From: Delftia acidovorans NBRC 14950
GTDB lineage: Bacteria > Pseudomonadota > Gammaproteobacteria > Burkholderiales > Burkholderiaceae_C
Assembly (NCBI RefSeq): GCF_001598795.1
Contig: NZ_BCZP01000014.1
Coordinates: 30,001-62,000, forward strand
Direction of reading: 5' to 3'
DNA: 32,000 bases
Every line of letters starts with the position of its first letter. Positions within the stretch are counted from its first letter, which is position 1. The notes below the pieces were generated by a model, which worked only from the letters and a program-made list of their open reading frames with translations, was not told where the DNA came from and ran no database searches. This document shows, in pieces, positions 1-8,938 of the stretch. Made by a program: the position numbers and the translations under genes.

Positions 1-97
1 GCCGCAGCACCTGCGACCGCGTTAGCCACGCGCCAGTCCCGAGGGTGGCGTGCCCCGCAATTGGCCCGCGGTTTCGCGGCGATGGGAAAATGGCGGA

Positions 98-1138
98 ATG
101 ACCGCCTCCACCAACACCCTCACGATCACCCGTCCCGATGACTGGCACCTGCACGTGCGCGATGGCGAAGCCATGCGCAGCGTGGTGCCGCATACGGCCG
201 CGCAGTTTGCGCGCGCCATCATCATGCCCAACCTCAAGCCGCCGGTGACCACCGCCGAGCAGGCGCTGGAGTACAAGCAGCGCATCCTCTCGGCCGTGTC
301 CGAGGGCATGGCCTTCGAGCCGCTGATGACGCTGTACCTCACCGACAACCTGCCGCCCGAGGAAATCGTGCGCGCCAAGGCGGCCGGCGTCGTGGCCTGC
401 AAGCTCTACCCGGCAGGCGCCACCACCAACAGCGACCACGGCGTCACCGACCTGCGCAAGATCTACCCCACGCTGGAAGCCATGCAGCGCGAAGGCCTGC
501 TGCTGCTGGTGCACGGCGAAGTCACCAGCAGCGACATCGACCTGTTCGACCGCGAGGCCGCCTTCATCGACCAGCACCTGATCCCGCTGCGCCGCGACTT
601 CCCCGAACTCAAGATCGTCTTCGAGCACATCACCACGCGCGAAGCCGCCCAGTACGTGACCGAGGCCGACCGCTTCGTGGGCGCCACCATCACACCCCAG
701 CATCTGCTGTTCAACCGCAACGCCATCTTCACGGGCGGCATCCGTCCCCACTACTACTGCCTGCCCGTGCTCAAGCGCGAGACGCACCGCCTGGCCTTGG
801 TGGAGGCGGCCACCAGTGGCCTGCCCAAGTTCTTCCTGGGCACCGACAGCGCGCCGCACGCGGCCCATCTCAAGGAACACGCCACGGGCTGCGCGGGCTG
901 CTACAGCGCCCATGCCGCCATCGAGATGTATGCCGAGGCCTTCGACAATGCCGGCGCGCTGGACAAGCTCGAAGCCTTCGCCAGCTTCAACGGCCCGGAC
1001 TTCTACAGCCTGCCGCGCAACACCGGCAAGATCACCCTGGTGCGCGAAAGCTGGACGCCGCCGGACAGCTTCGCCTTCGGCGAGGCGCAACTGAAGCCCC
1101 TGCGCTCCGGCGAAGCCCTGCCCTGGAAGCTGGTTTAA
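98..1138 (+). CDS. pyrC: dihydroorotase, homodimeric E. coli-PyrC type
   Basis: ORF 50..1138 trimmed to the in-frame ATG at 98 ([23 protein letters not shown]). Motifs [20 protein letters not shown] and FLGTDSAPH are typical of class II dihydroorotase. Confidence 0.9.
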   Translation: MTASTNTLTITRPDDWHLHVRDGEAMRSVVPHTAAQFARAIIMPNLKPPVTTAEQALEYKQRILSAVSEGMAFEPLMTLYLTDNLPPEEIVRAKAAGVVACKLYPAGATTNSDHGVTDLRKIYPTLEAMQREGLLLLVHGEVTSSDIDLFDREAAFIDQHLIPLRRDFPELKIVFEHITTREAAQYVTEADRFVGATITPQHLLFNRNAIFTGGIRPHYYCLPVLKRETHRLALVEAATSGLPKFFLGTDSAPHAAHLKEHATGCAGCYSAHAAIEMYAEAFDNAGALDKLEAFASFNGPDFYSLPRNTGKITLVRESWTPPDSFAFGEAQLKPLRSGEALPWKLV

Positions 1139-1171
1139 GCTGGCGGGACTGCCACCCGCCAGAGGATTGCC

Positions 1172-2077
1172 ATGCCTGAGCCGCAACCGCGCATCGCCCT
1201 GCTGATCGACGCCGACAACGCGCCGGCCGAGATGATCGACGAGATCCTGACCGAGCTGTCGACCTTCGGCGTCATCGACATCCGCCGCGCCTACGGCAAC
1301 TGGACCAAGCATTCGCTCAGCGGCTGGCAGCGCAAGCTGCTCGATTTCGCACTGCGGCCCATGCAGCAGTTCGACTACTCCAAGCACAAGAACGCCACCG
1401 ACATGGCGATGACCGTGGACGCCATGGAGCTGCTCTACACCGAGCGGCCCGACGCCTTCGGCATCGTCTCTTCCGACGCCGACTTCACGCCGCTGGTGAT
1501 GCACCTGCGCTCCAAGGGCGCGGCCGTCTACGGCTTCGGCATGGCGCAGACGCCCCAGCCCTTCGTCAATGCCTGCTCGCGCTTTCTGTATCTGGAGGCG
1601 CTGGGCGAGGCGGTGCCCGCCAACGGCAATGGCCAGGACGCCACGCATGAGGCGGGCCAGGCGGCGGTGCCGCCAGTGGCTGCAGCTGCGGTGGCGGCCT
1701 CTGTCCAGCCCTCCACTGGTACGGGCAAGGAGCGCGCCCAGGCCGAGCAGGCACCTTCCTCTTTGTCCGCTCCCGAGCCGCAGCGCCCCTGCCTGCGTGT
1801 TCCTTCGCAGGAACTGCGCCAGGACACGCGCCTGCTGAGCATGCTGCGCAGCGCCGTCAACGCCACGCAGGACGAAAGCGGCTGGGCCCATGTGGGCGCC
1901 GTGGGCGCGCAGATCGGCAACAAGGCATCGTTCGATGCGCGCAACTACGGCTACGCCACGCTCACCAAGCTGCTGGCGGCCACGCAGGCGTTCGAGATGC
2001 GCGACGAGGGCACCTCGCGCGTGGCCGTGCGCGACAAGCGCATGGCCAAGGCGCAGTCCAGGCCGTCCGGCAATTGA
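1172..2077 (+). CDS. NYN (PIN-like) nuclease-domain protein with C-terminal OST-HTH/LOTUS-like domain
   Basis: ATG 1172 follows GAGGA. The N-terminus (IALLIDADNA ... RRAYGNW ... NATDMAMTVDAMEL ... SSDADFTPLV) matches the NYN/DUF88 pattern. An Ala/Pro/Gln-rich linker follows. The C-terminal ~70 aa (LLSMLRSAV..GWAHVGAVGAQIG..FDARNYGYATLTKLL) look like LOTUS. Confidence 0.75.
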   Translation: MPEPQPRIALLIDADNAPAEMIDEILTELSTFGVIDIRRAYGNWTKHSLSGWQRKLLDFALRPMQQFDYSKHKNATDMAMTVDAMELLYTERPDAFGIVSSDADFTPLVMHLRSKGAAVYGFGMAQTPQPFVNACSRFLYLEALGEAVPANGNGQDATHEAGQAAVPPVAAAAVAASVQPSTGTGKERAQAEQAPSSLSAPEPQRPCLRVPSQELRQDTRLLSMLRSAVNATQDESGWAHVGAVGAQIGNKASFDARNYGYATLTKLLAATQAFEMRDEGTSRVAVRDKRMAKAQSRPSGN

Positions 2078-2883
2078 CGTTTCCCATCGACTGGAATGCG
2101 CCCTGGCTGCAGGGGCTGCAAACGCAGGGCAGGGCGGCCTGCCAGCGGGTGGAGCAGGGTCGGCCGGTCTGGCAGGCCCTGCAGTCGCTGGCCGATGCGC
2201 AGGCGCTGCCCTGGCGCTTTGTGCCCCAGCACGATCTGCCCGAAGGCAAGGCCTACGAGCAATTCATCTTCGAGACGCGCTGCATCCCCACGCGCGACAA
2301 CCTGCATGACTTCTTCAACGGCCTGATCTGGCTGCGCTGGCCCGCGCTCAAGCAGCGCTGCAATGCCCTGCAGGCCCGCGCCATTGCCCAGGCGGGCGTG
2401 GGCGCGCAGCGCGGGCCGCTGCGCGATGCCGTCACCGTGCTGGACGAGAACGGCACCCTGCTGCTGGCGCCGGCCGCGCTGTGCGAGGCGCTGCGCCACC
2501 GGCGCTGGCACCAGCTCTTCGTGGAGCAGCGCGCACTGTGGCGGCAGGCAAGGCTGCTGCCCATAGGCCATGCGCTGCTGGAAAAGCTGGTGCAGCCGCG
2601 CAAGCCCATCACGGCCCATGTGCTGTGCGTGCACACGGATGGTGCAGGCGCCACGGCAGGCCCCGCCACGGCGGACATCGACGCCTGGCTGGCCGGCAGC
2701 ATCTGGCTGGAGGCCGACACCCTGGCGTGCAAGCCTTTTGCACCCTTGCCCGTGCTGGGCGTGCCCGGCTGGTGGCGCGAGAACGAGAACTTTTCCTTCT
2801 ATGATGACTCTCTCGTGTTCCGGGCGCCCCGTTCCGCACAAGCATCACAACAAGGAATGGCAACGGCGCAGGACCCGGCTTGA
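2074..2883 (+). CDS. DUF3025-family protein
   Basis: TTG at 2074 overlaps the TGA of the upstream gene (TTGA). IDWNAPW ... [30 protein letters not shown] ... [10 protein letters not shown] resembles DUF3025. Choice of start codon is uncertain. Confidence 0.65.
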   Translation: MTFPIDWNAPWLQGLQTQGRAACQRVEQGRPVWQALQSLADAQALPWRFVPQHDLPEGKAYEQFIFETRCIPTRDNLHDFFNGLIWLRWPALKQRCNALQARAIAQAGVGAQRGPLRDAVTVLDENGTLLLAPAALCEALRHRRWHQLFVEQRALWRQARLLPIGHALLEKLVQPRKPITAHVLCVHTDGAGATAGPATADIDAWLAGSIWLEADTLACKPFAPLPVLGVPGWWRENENFSFYDDSLVFRAPRSAQASQQGMATAQDPA

Positions 2884-2965
2884 AAACAGCCGGTGGGGCC
2901 CTCACTTTTCAACGCTGCAGGGCCCAGATCCTTTCCCCTTTCCCCACTTTGTGGAGAACCCACTG

Positions 2966-3844
2966 ATGAAACGCATCGCACTTTTTCTTTTGACCAACGT
3001 CGCCGTCGTGGTGGTGCTGGGCATCGTCGCCAGCCTGCTGGGCGTCAACCGCTTCCTGACTTCCAATGGCCTGAACCTCGGGGCCCTGCTGGGCTTCGCC
3101 TTCATCATGGGCTTTGGCGGCGCCATCATCTCGCTGCTGATCTCCAAGCCCCTGGCCAAGTGGAGCTCGGGCGTGCACGTGATCAACGAGCCGCGCAACG
3201 CCGATGAGGCCTGGATCGTCAACACCGTGCGCGGCTTCGCCGACCGTGCCGGCATCGGCATGCCCGAAGTCGGCATCTACGAGGGCGAGCCCAATGCCTT
3301 CGCCACCGGCGCCTTCAAGAACTCGGCCCTGGTGGCCGTGTCCACGGGCCTGCTGGAAGGCATGACGCGCGAAGAGGTGGAGGCCGTGATCGGCCACGAG
3401 GTCGCCCACATCGCCAATGGCGACATGGTGACCATGACCCTGATCCAGGGCGTGATGAACACCTTCGTGGTCTTCCTGTCGCGCGTCATCGGCTATGCCG
3501 TGGACAGCTTCCTGCGCAAGAACGACGAAAGCAGCTCGGGCCCCGGCATCGGCTACTACGTGACCACCATCGTGCTGGACATCGTTCTGGGCTTCCTGGC
3601 CGCCATCATCGTGGCCTGGTTCTCGCGCCAGCGCGAATTCCGCGCCGACGCGGGTGCCGCCCAGCTCATGGGCCGCAAGCAGCCCATGATGAATGCCCTG
3701 GCCCGCCTGGGCGGCATGCACCCCGGCGAGCTGCCCAAGAGCGTGGCCGCCATGGGCATTGCCGGCGGCATCGGCAAGCTGTTCTCGACCCACCCGCCGA
3801 TCGAAGAGCGCATTGCCGCGCTGCAGAACGCGCAGAACCTCTGA
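2966..3844 (+). CDS. htpX: zinc metalloprotease HtpX (M48 family)
   Basis: ORF 2570..3844 trimmed to ATG 2966 ([21 protein letters not shown]), preceded by GGAGAA. It has the [10 protein letters not shown] zinc motif, N-terminal TM helices and a C-terminal [10 protein letters not shown]. Confidence 0.9.
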   Translation: MKRIALFLLTNVAVVVVLGIVASLLGVNRFLTSNGLNLGALLGFAFIMGFGGAIISLLISKPLAKWSSGVHVINEPRNADEAWIVNTVRGFADRAGIGMPEVGIYEGEPNAFATGAFKNSALVAVSTGLLEGMTREEVEAVIGHEVAHIANGDMVTMTLIQGVMNTFVVFLSRVIGYAVDSFLRKNDESSSGPGIGYYVTTIVLDIVLGFLAAIIVAWFSRQREFRADAGAAQLMGRKQPMMNALARLGGMHPGELPKSVAAMGIAGGIGKLFSTHPPIEERIAALQNAQNL

Positions 3845-3897
3845 GTGACCGATCCCGCCGCTACCTTTGGCGGCGGATCTTTACCCAGGCTTCACAA

Positions 3898-3927
3898 GCC
3901 CCTGTCAACAACCGGCAGGGGCTTTTT
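3898..3927 (+). terminator. rho-independent terminator downstream of htpX
   Basis: The stem gcccctg (3898-3904) pairs with caggggc (3916-3922) and is followed by ttttt (3923-3927). A second bulged hairpin, ccgccg/cggcgg, lies at 3855-3876. Confidence 0.6.
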
Positions 3928-3971
3928 CGTTGTATCTGCATGGCCGCACTAAGCGCGGCCAGGAGTGCATC

Positions 3972-4331
3972 GTGAAGTCTGTATCGATTCAAACGCCGGG
4001 CCGTCGCCTGGTTCCGGCCCTGGTCCTGGCTGCCGCCACCGTGGCATTGACCGGCTGCGTGGTGGCGCCAGCCTATCCCGTAGGTCCTTCGGGCGAGGTG
4101 GTCTACGCGCCCATGGCGCCGCCGCCGCTGCAGACCGAGGTCATTCCGGTCGCTCCCTCGCCGGTCCATGTCTGGATCGGTGGCTCCTGGGGCTGGGGCG
4201 GTGGCCGCTATGCATGGCGCCCCGGCTACTGGGCAGCGCCGCCGCATCCCGGCTATGGCTGGCGTCCACACGGCTGGGACCATGGCCCGCGTGGCTGGTA
4301 CCAGCGCCCGGGCGGCTGGTACCGCCGCTGA
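3972..4331 (+). CDS. lipoprotein with Trp/Gly (YXWGXW / WXXGXW-type) repeats
   Basis: GTG at 3972 lies 6 nt after AGGAG (3961-3965). The lipobox is ALTGC. The C-terminus is GGSWGWGGGRYAWRPGYWAAPPHPGYGWRPHGWDHGPRGWYQRPGGWYRR. The start is inferred; the ORF track begins at 3867. Confidence 0.6.
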   Translation: MKSVSIQTPGRRLVPALVLAAATVALTGCVVAPAYPVGPSGEVVYAPMAPPPLQTEVIPVAPSPVHVWIGGSWGWGGGRYAWRPGYWAAPPHPGYGWRPHGWDHGPRGWYQRPGGWYRR

Positions 4332-4332
4332 T

Positions 4333-5250
4333 TCAGGTGGCGGCAGCGTCGCCGCTGCCGCTGCCACCCTGGCCGGCCTTGGCCAGCAGGAAGTCGATGC
4401 AGGTGCGCACGGCCCGCGTCTGATGACGGTCAGGCAGGTACAGCAGGTACATGTGGGTGCCAAAGATGCTCAGTCGGTACTCCTGCAGGGTCAGTACCAC
4501 CTCGCCGCTGGCCACCTTGTCCTGCACCACGTAGTCGGGCACCAGGCCCACGCCCAGGCCCGCCAGAATGCCCTGGCGCAGGAACGGGAAGTGCTCGGAG
4601 ATCATGGTCGGCGCCAACAGCACCTCCTGGCGGTCCGTGCCCTGGTAGGCCGACAGGCGCAGCTGGCGGCCCATCACTCCGGCCGTGATCAGTGGGCTGT
4701 TGCGCAGCTCGTACAGCGTGGTGGGCAGGCCGTGCTGCTGCGCATACTCGCGTGAGGCGCAGGCCACGTAGTGCACATTGCCCAGGCTGCGCGCAATCAC
4801 CGACAGCGGCGGCTCCTGGATCACGCGGATGGCGATGTCCACCTCGTCGCGCAAATGGTCGGCCCGGTTCTCGAACAGCACATCCAGCACGATGCCCGGA
4901 TACAGCCGCTTGAACTCGATCAGCCAGTCGCTCATCACGATCTGCCCATAGCCGCTGGGCACGCTCAGCCCCACGCGCCCCGCCATCCCCTGGCCCAGCG
5001 ACGTGATCGTCTCGCGCGCCGACATCATCTCGTTCTGGATCGCGCGGCCATGCTCGTACATCCGCATCCCCACCTCGGTCGGCTCCACGCGCCGCGTGGT
5101 GCGCCGCACCAGCTGTACCCCCACCGATTTTTCCAGCTGCGTCAGGTGATAGCTCACATTGGCCCGCGTCATCTTCAGCTTGCGCGCCGCCTGGCTCAGA
5201 TTGCCGCTATCGATGATTTCCACCAGCAGGGTCAGGGAGTTCAGATCCAT
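4333..5250 (-). CDS. LysR-family transcriptional regulator
   Basis: ORF 4333..5280 trimmed to MDLNSLTLLVEIIDSGNLSQAARKLKMTRANVSYHLTQLE, the classic LysR wHTH at the extreme N-terminus. It is divergent from the catabolic cluster. Confidence 0.85.
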   Translation of the reverse strand: MDLNSLTLLVEIIDSGNLSQAARKLKMTRANVSYHLTQLEKSVGVQLVRRTTRRVEPTEVGMRMYEHGRAIQNEMMSARETITSLGQGMAGRVGLSVPSGYGQIVMSDWLIEFKRLYPGIVLDVLFENRADHLRDEVDIAIRVIQEPPLSVIARSLGNVHYVACASREYAQQHGLPTTLYELRNSPLITAGVMGRQLRLSAYQGTDRQEVLLAPTMISEHFPFLRQGILAGLGVGLVPDYVVQDKVASGEVVLTLQEYRLSIFGTHMYLLYLPDRHQTRAVRTCIDFLLAKAGQGGSGSGDAAAT

Positions 5251-5282
5251 AGGTATGTCCAGATACTTTGCTTCGCCCACAG

Positions 5283-5410
5283 CCTATGAAACTGGCGCGC
5301 TCCAAAGCCAGGGGCAGCGAGGAAGGGCCGCCCCGCACCGAGGCTGTCGTCCCCCTCCCTTGCGAAGCAAGCAGAGAGGGGGAAGGCGCGCAAGCGCCTC
5401 AGGGGGTGTT
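5283..5410 (-). repeat. REP-like intergenic repeat, family A, copy 1 (inverted relative to copies 2-4)
   Basis: The reverse complement reads ccccctgaggcgcttgcgcgccttccccctc...gagggggacgacagcctcggtgcggggcggcccttcctcg..cccctgg. It aligns by eye along its length with 14709-14815. Confidence 0.8.
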
Positions 5411-5414
5411 CAAC

Positions 5415-5437
5415 ACTGTCAAATACGTTTTTACAGT
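5415..5437. promoter_or_regulatory. imperfect palindrome, candidate operator in the LysR / fadB-like divergent promoter region
   Basis: The sequence is ACTGTCAAAT-acg-TTTTTACAGT (8 of 10 arm positions complementary). It sits in the only AT-rich stretch between the two divergent genes, about 90 nt upstream of ATG 5526. Confidence 0.3.
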
Positions 5438-5525
5438 CTGTCAATCATTCATGGGATTGTAAAGAACCATTGTCGTAGCAAGAATGGATGTTTTGAGTGG
5501 AAAACCCAAGTTCGGAGACATACAG

Positions 5526-7643
5526 ATGAGCGAACAAGCCCAGGCTTCCGTGGTCCAGACCCGCCTTGATGGTGCCGTGCTGGTGGTCAGCATCAACAAT
5601 CCCCCCGTGAATGCCCTGGGCCAGGCCGTGCGCGCCGGCCTGCTGGCTGCCGTGGAGCAGGCCGAATCGGATGCCGCCGTGAAGGCCGTGCTCATCGTGG
5701 GTGAGGGCAAGGCCTTCATCGCCGGTGCCGACATCCGCGAATTCGGCAAGCCCGCCATGCCGCCCTCGCTGCCCGAGGTGCTCAATCGTCTCGAAGCCTC
5801 CGACAAGATCGTGGTCGCCGCCATCCATGGCCCGGCCCTGGGCGGCGGCCTGGAAGTGGCCATGTCGGCCCACTACCGCCTGGCTTTGCCGGCTGCCAAG
5901 CTCGGCCTGCCCGAAGTCAACCTGGGCCTGCTGCCCGGCGCTGGCGGCACGCAGCGCGCACCGCGCCTGATGGGCGTGAAGGCGGCCGCCGACCTCATGC
6001 TCAGCGGCAAGCACCTGTCGGCCAAGGCCGCGCTGGCCGCCGGCCTGGTGGACAAGCTGGTGGACGGCACCGACGCCACGGCCGCAGGTCTGGTCTACGC
6101 CAACGAGCTGCTGGCATCCAATACCGCGCCGCGCCGCACGCGTGACATCGAGATTGCCGACAAGGCCGCCGCCCTGGCCGAACTCGACGCGCTGGCCGCC
6201 GAGACCGCCAAGAAGAGCCGCGGCCTGTTCTCGCCGCTGAAGATCGTGGAATGCGTGCGCGCCGCCGTGGAGCTGCCCTTCGACGAAGGCATCGCCAAGG
6301 AGCGTGCCCTGTTCGTGGAATGTCTGAACAGCCCGCAGCGCGCCGGCCTGATCCACGCCTTCTTCGCCGAGCGCGAAACCGCCAAGATTCCCGAAGCCAA
6401 GGCCGCTGCGCCGCGCCACTTTGCCAAGATCGCCGTCATCGGCGGCGGCACCATGGGCGCCGGCATCACGGTGTCCGCGCTGGACGCGGGCCTTGTGGTG
6501 ACCATGATCGAGCGCGACGCCGACTCCATCGCGCGCGGCCAAGCCAATGTGGAGAAGGTCTACAACGGCCTGATCGCCAAGGGCCGCATGACCGAGGAGG
6601 CCAAGGCCGCCGTCATGGCGCGCTACACGCCTAGCACCTCCTATGACGACATCAAGGATGTGGACCTGGTGATCGAGGCCGTGTTCGAGGACCTCGAAGT
6701 CAAGAAGGCCGTGTTCAAGGAACTGGACCGCGTCTGCAAGCCCGGCGCCGTGCTGGCCACCAACACCTCCTACCTGGACATCGACGCCATTGCCGCCGCC
6801 ACCGCGCGCCCGCAGGACGTGATCGGCCTGCACTTCTTCAGCCCCGCCAACATCATGAAGCTGCTGGAGATCGTGGTGCCCGCCAAGGTGGCGCCCGACG
6901 TGGTGACCACGGCTTTCGAGCTGGCCAAGCGCATGAAGAAGGTGCCTGTGCGTGCCGGCGTCTGCGACGGCTTCATCGGCAACCGCATCCTGGCCGTCTA
7001 CAAGCAGGCTGCCGACTACATCATGGAAGACGGCGCCAGCCCCTACGAGATCGACGAGGCCGTGCGCGGCTTCGGCTACCCGATGGGCCCGTTCCAGGTC
7101 ACCGACCTGGCCGGCGGCGACATCGGCTGGGCCACGCGCAAGCGGCGCGCGGCCACGCGCGATCCCAAGGCCCGCTACGTCGAAGTGGCCGACCGCGTCT
7201 GCGAGCGCGGCTGGTTCGGCCAGAAGACGGGCCGTGGCTTCTACCTCTACCCGCAGGGCGCGCGCGTCGGCCAGCCCGACCCCGAAGTGCTGGCCATCGT
7301 CGATGCCGAGCGCGCCAAGAAGGGCGTGACGCCGCGCAAGTTCACCCCTGAGGAAATCATGCGCCGCTACATGGCCGCCATGGTCAACGAAGGCGCCAAG
7401 GTGGTGGAGGAGGGCATTGCCCTGCGCCCGCTGGATGTGGACGTGACATTCCTGTCCGGCTACGGCTTCCCGCGCTTTCGTGGCGGCCCCATGAAGTGGG
7501 CCGACATGCAAGGTTTGGACAAGGTGCTGGCTGACATTCGCGAATTCGCCAAGGAAGACGCGCTGTTCTGGAAGCCCGCTCCCCTGCTCGAAAAGCTCGT
7601 GGCAGAAGGCCGCGATTTCGAAAGCCTGAACAAGGCAGCGTAA
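5526..7643 (+). CDS. multifunctional enoyl-CoA hydratase / 3-hydroxyacyl-CoA dehydrogenase (FadB/FadJ/PimF-like)
   Basis: ORF 5484..7643 trimmed to ATG 5526 (MSEQAQ...), downstream of GGAGA. The N-terminal crotonase fold has AFIAGADIREF. The central Rossmann motif is IAVIGGGTMGAGI, and a C-terminal HADH domain follows. Confidence 0.9.
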   Translation: MSEQAQASVVQTRLDGAVLVVSINNPPVNALGQAVRAGLLAAVEQAESDAAVKAVLIVGEGKAFIAGADIREFGKPAMPPSLPEVLNRLEASDKIVVAAIHGPALGGGLEVAMSAHYRLALPAAKLGLPEVNLGLLPGAGGTQRAPRLMGVKAAADLMLSGKHLSAKAALAAGLVDKLVDGTDATAAGLVYANELLASNTAPRRTRDIEIADKAAALAELDALAAETAKKSRGLFSPLKIVECVRAAVELPFDEGIAKERALFVECLNSPQRAGLIHAFFAERETAKIPEAKAAAPRHFAKIAVIGGGTMGAGITVSALDAGLVVTMIERDADSIARGQANVEKVYNGLIAKGRMTEEAKAAVMARYTPSTSYDDIKDVDLVIEAVFEDLEVKKAVFKELDRVCKPGAVLATNTSYLDIDAIAAATARPQDVIGLHFFSPANIMKLLEIVVPAKVAPDVVTTAFELAKRMKKVPVRAGVCDGFIGNRILAVYKQAADYIMEDGASPYEIDEAVRGFGYPMGPFQVTDLAGGDIGWATRKRRAATRDPKARYVEVADRVCERGWFGQKTGRGFYLYPQGARVGQPDPEVLAIVDAERAKKGVTPRKFTPEEIMRRYMAAMVNEGAKVVEEGIALRPLDVDVTFLSGYGFPRFRGGPMKWADMQGLDKVLADIREFAKEDALFWKPAPLLEKLVAEGRDFESLNKAA

Positions 7644-7751
7644 GCCGCCCCCGCGTTTCCCCGCCATGCCCTTGACCCGCTCCGTCCAACGCAGAGCGGG
7701 CAGGGCCGTGCACAACCACAACAATTTTCCAGAGACAAGCAAGGACCGACC

Positions 7752-8933
7752 ATGCGCGAAGCCGTCATCGTTTCCACTGCCCGCACGCCCCTGACCAAGT
7801 CGCACCGCGGCGAGTTCAACGTCACGCCCGCCGCCCAGCTGGCGGCCTTCTCGGTCAAGGCCGCGGTCGAGCGCTCGGGCATCGACCCGGCCATGATCGA
7901 GGACCTGATCCTGGGCTGCGGCAACCCCGACGGCTTCCAGGGCCGCAACCTGGGTCGCCAGACCGTGCTGCGCGCCGAGCTGCCCCTGTCCATCGCGGGC
8001 ACGACCATCACGCGCTTTTGCGCCTCGGGCCTGCAGTCCATCGCCATCGCGGCGGGCCGCATCGTGGCCGAGGGCGTGGACGCCATGCTGGCCGGCGGCA
8101 TCGAGACCATCTCGGGCATCCGCCCCGGCAACAACCTGCCCACCGACATGGACCCCTGGCTGGTCGAGCACAAGCCCGCGCTGTACATGGCCATGATCGA
8201 TACGGCCGACATCGTGGCGCGCCGCTACGGCATCAGCCGCGAGGACCAGGACGCCTTCTCGCTGCAAAGCCAGCAGCGCACGGCCGCCGCCCAGGCCGCC
8301 GACCTGTTCAAGGACGAAATCATTGCCTGCGCCACGCGCATGGCCGAGAAGAACAAGGACACGGGCGAGATCACCTACCGCGACGTGGTCGCCACCAAGG
8401 ACAACTGCAACCGCGCCTCCACCACGTTGGAAGGCCTGGCCAAGCTGGAACCCGTCAAGGGCCCGGACCAGTTCATCACGGCCGGCAATGCCTCGCAGCT
8501 GTCCGATGGATCGTCGGCCTGCGTGCTGATGGAAGCCAGGCAGGCCGAGCGCCTGGGCCTGTCCCCGCTGGGCGCCTTCCGCGGCTTTGCCGTGGCCGGC
8601 TGCGAGCCTGACGAAATGGGCATCGGCCCCGTCTTCGCGGTCCCCAAGCTGCTGGCGCGCCACGGCCTCAAGGTCGAGGACATCGACCTGTGGGAACTCA
8701 ACGAGGCCTTCGCCTCCCAGGCCCTGTACTGCCAGCGCAAGCTGGGCATTCCCAACGAGCGCCTGAACGTCAACGGCGGCGCCATCTCCATCGGCCACCC
8801 CTTCGGCATGACGGGTGCGCGCCTGGCCGGCCACATCCTGCTGGAAGGCCAGCGCCGCAAGGCCAAGTGGGGCGTGGTCACCATGTGCATCGCAGGTGGC
8901 ATGGGCGCCGCAGGCCTGTTCGAAATTTATTGA
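7752..8933 (+). CDS. acetyl-CoA C-acyltransferase (3-ketoacyl-CoA thiolase)
   Basis: Thiolase signatures: RFCASGLQ (active-site Cys), NGGAISIGHPFGMTGARL and CIAGGMGAAGLFE. Confidence 0.9.
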   Translation: MREAVIVSTARTPLTKSHRGEFNVTPAAQLAAFSVKAAVERSGIDPAMIEDLILGCGNPDGFQGRNLGRQTVLRAELPLSIAGTTITRFCASGLQSIAIAAGRIVAEGVDAMLAGGIETISGIRPGNNLPTDMDPWLVEHKPALYMAMIDTADIVARRYGISREDQDAFSLQSQQRTAAAQAADLFKDEIIACATRMAEKNKDTGEITYRDVVATKDNCNRASTTLEGLAKLEPVKGPDQFITAGNASQLSDGSSACVLMEARQAERLGLSPLGAFRGFAVAGCEPDEMGIGPVFAVPKLLARHGLKVEDIDLWELNEAFASQALYCQRKLGIPNERLNVNGGAISIGHPFGMTGARLAGHILLEGQRRKAKWGVVTMCIAGGMGAAGLFEIY

Positions 8934-8938
8934 ATAAG

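Noticed and set aside
2570-2965. N-terminal extension of the htpX ORF (424-aa version), and likewise 21076..21540 for the aldolase ORF and 50..97 for pyrC.
   Set aside because: The extensions overlap the preceding genes in another frame, have Arg/Pro/Ala-rich junk composition, and the conserved family N-termini start at internal ATGs with SD-like sequences.
2884-2965. Sigma-32 heat-shock promoter for htpX (CCCCACTT at 2942-2949 resembling the CCCCATnT -10 element).
   Set aside because: No CTTGAA-like -35 element lies at the right distance. The putative -10 is so close to the ATG (17 nt) that the transcript would lack the GGAG ribosome-binding site.
4168-4755. Plus-strand ORFs 4168..4755, 3965..4423 and 4771..5289 overlapping the lipoprotein and LysR genes.
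   Set aside because: They are out-of-frame or antisense overlaps with low-complexity Ala/Arg/Gly content. The LysR wHTH and the lipobox-bearing frame explain the region.
7644-7751. Hairpin cccgctc/gagcggg (about 7677-7701) between the fadB-like and thiolase genes, as a possible terminator or sRNA.
   Set aside because: It has no U-tract and the two genes are almost certainly co-transcribed. It is probably just an mRNA-stabilising or incidental GC hairpin. The same applies to gggggcc/ggccccc at 13599-13622.
5445-8834. 1129-aa minus-strand ORF, and similar long antisense ORFs (for example 9052..10407, 10268..11554, 12279..13562, 13219..15204, 14810..16177, 15822..16946, 19799..21502, 22299..23705, 26678..28030, 28823..30763).
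   Set aside because: They lie antisense to genes with unmistakable family motifs. They are Ala/Gly/Arg/Asp-rich low-complexity translations with no recognisable motifs. Stop codons are scarce on the antisense strand of high-GC coding DNA, so these are compositional artefacts.
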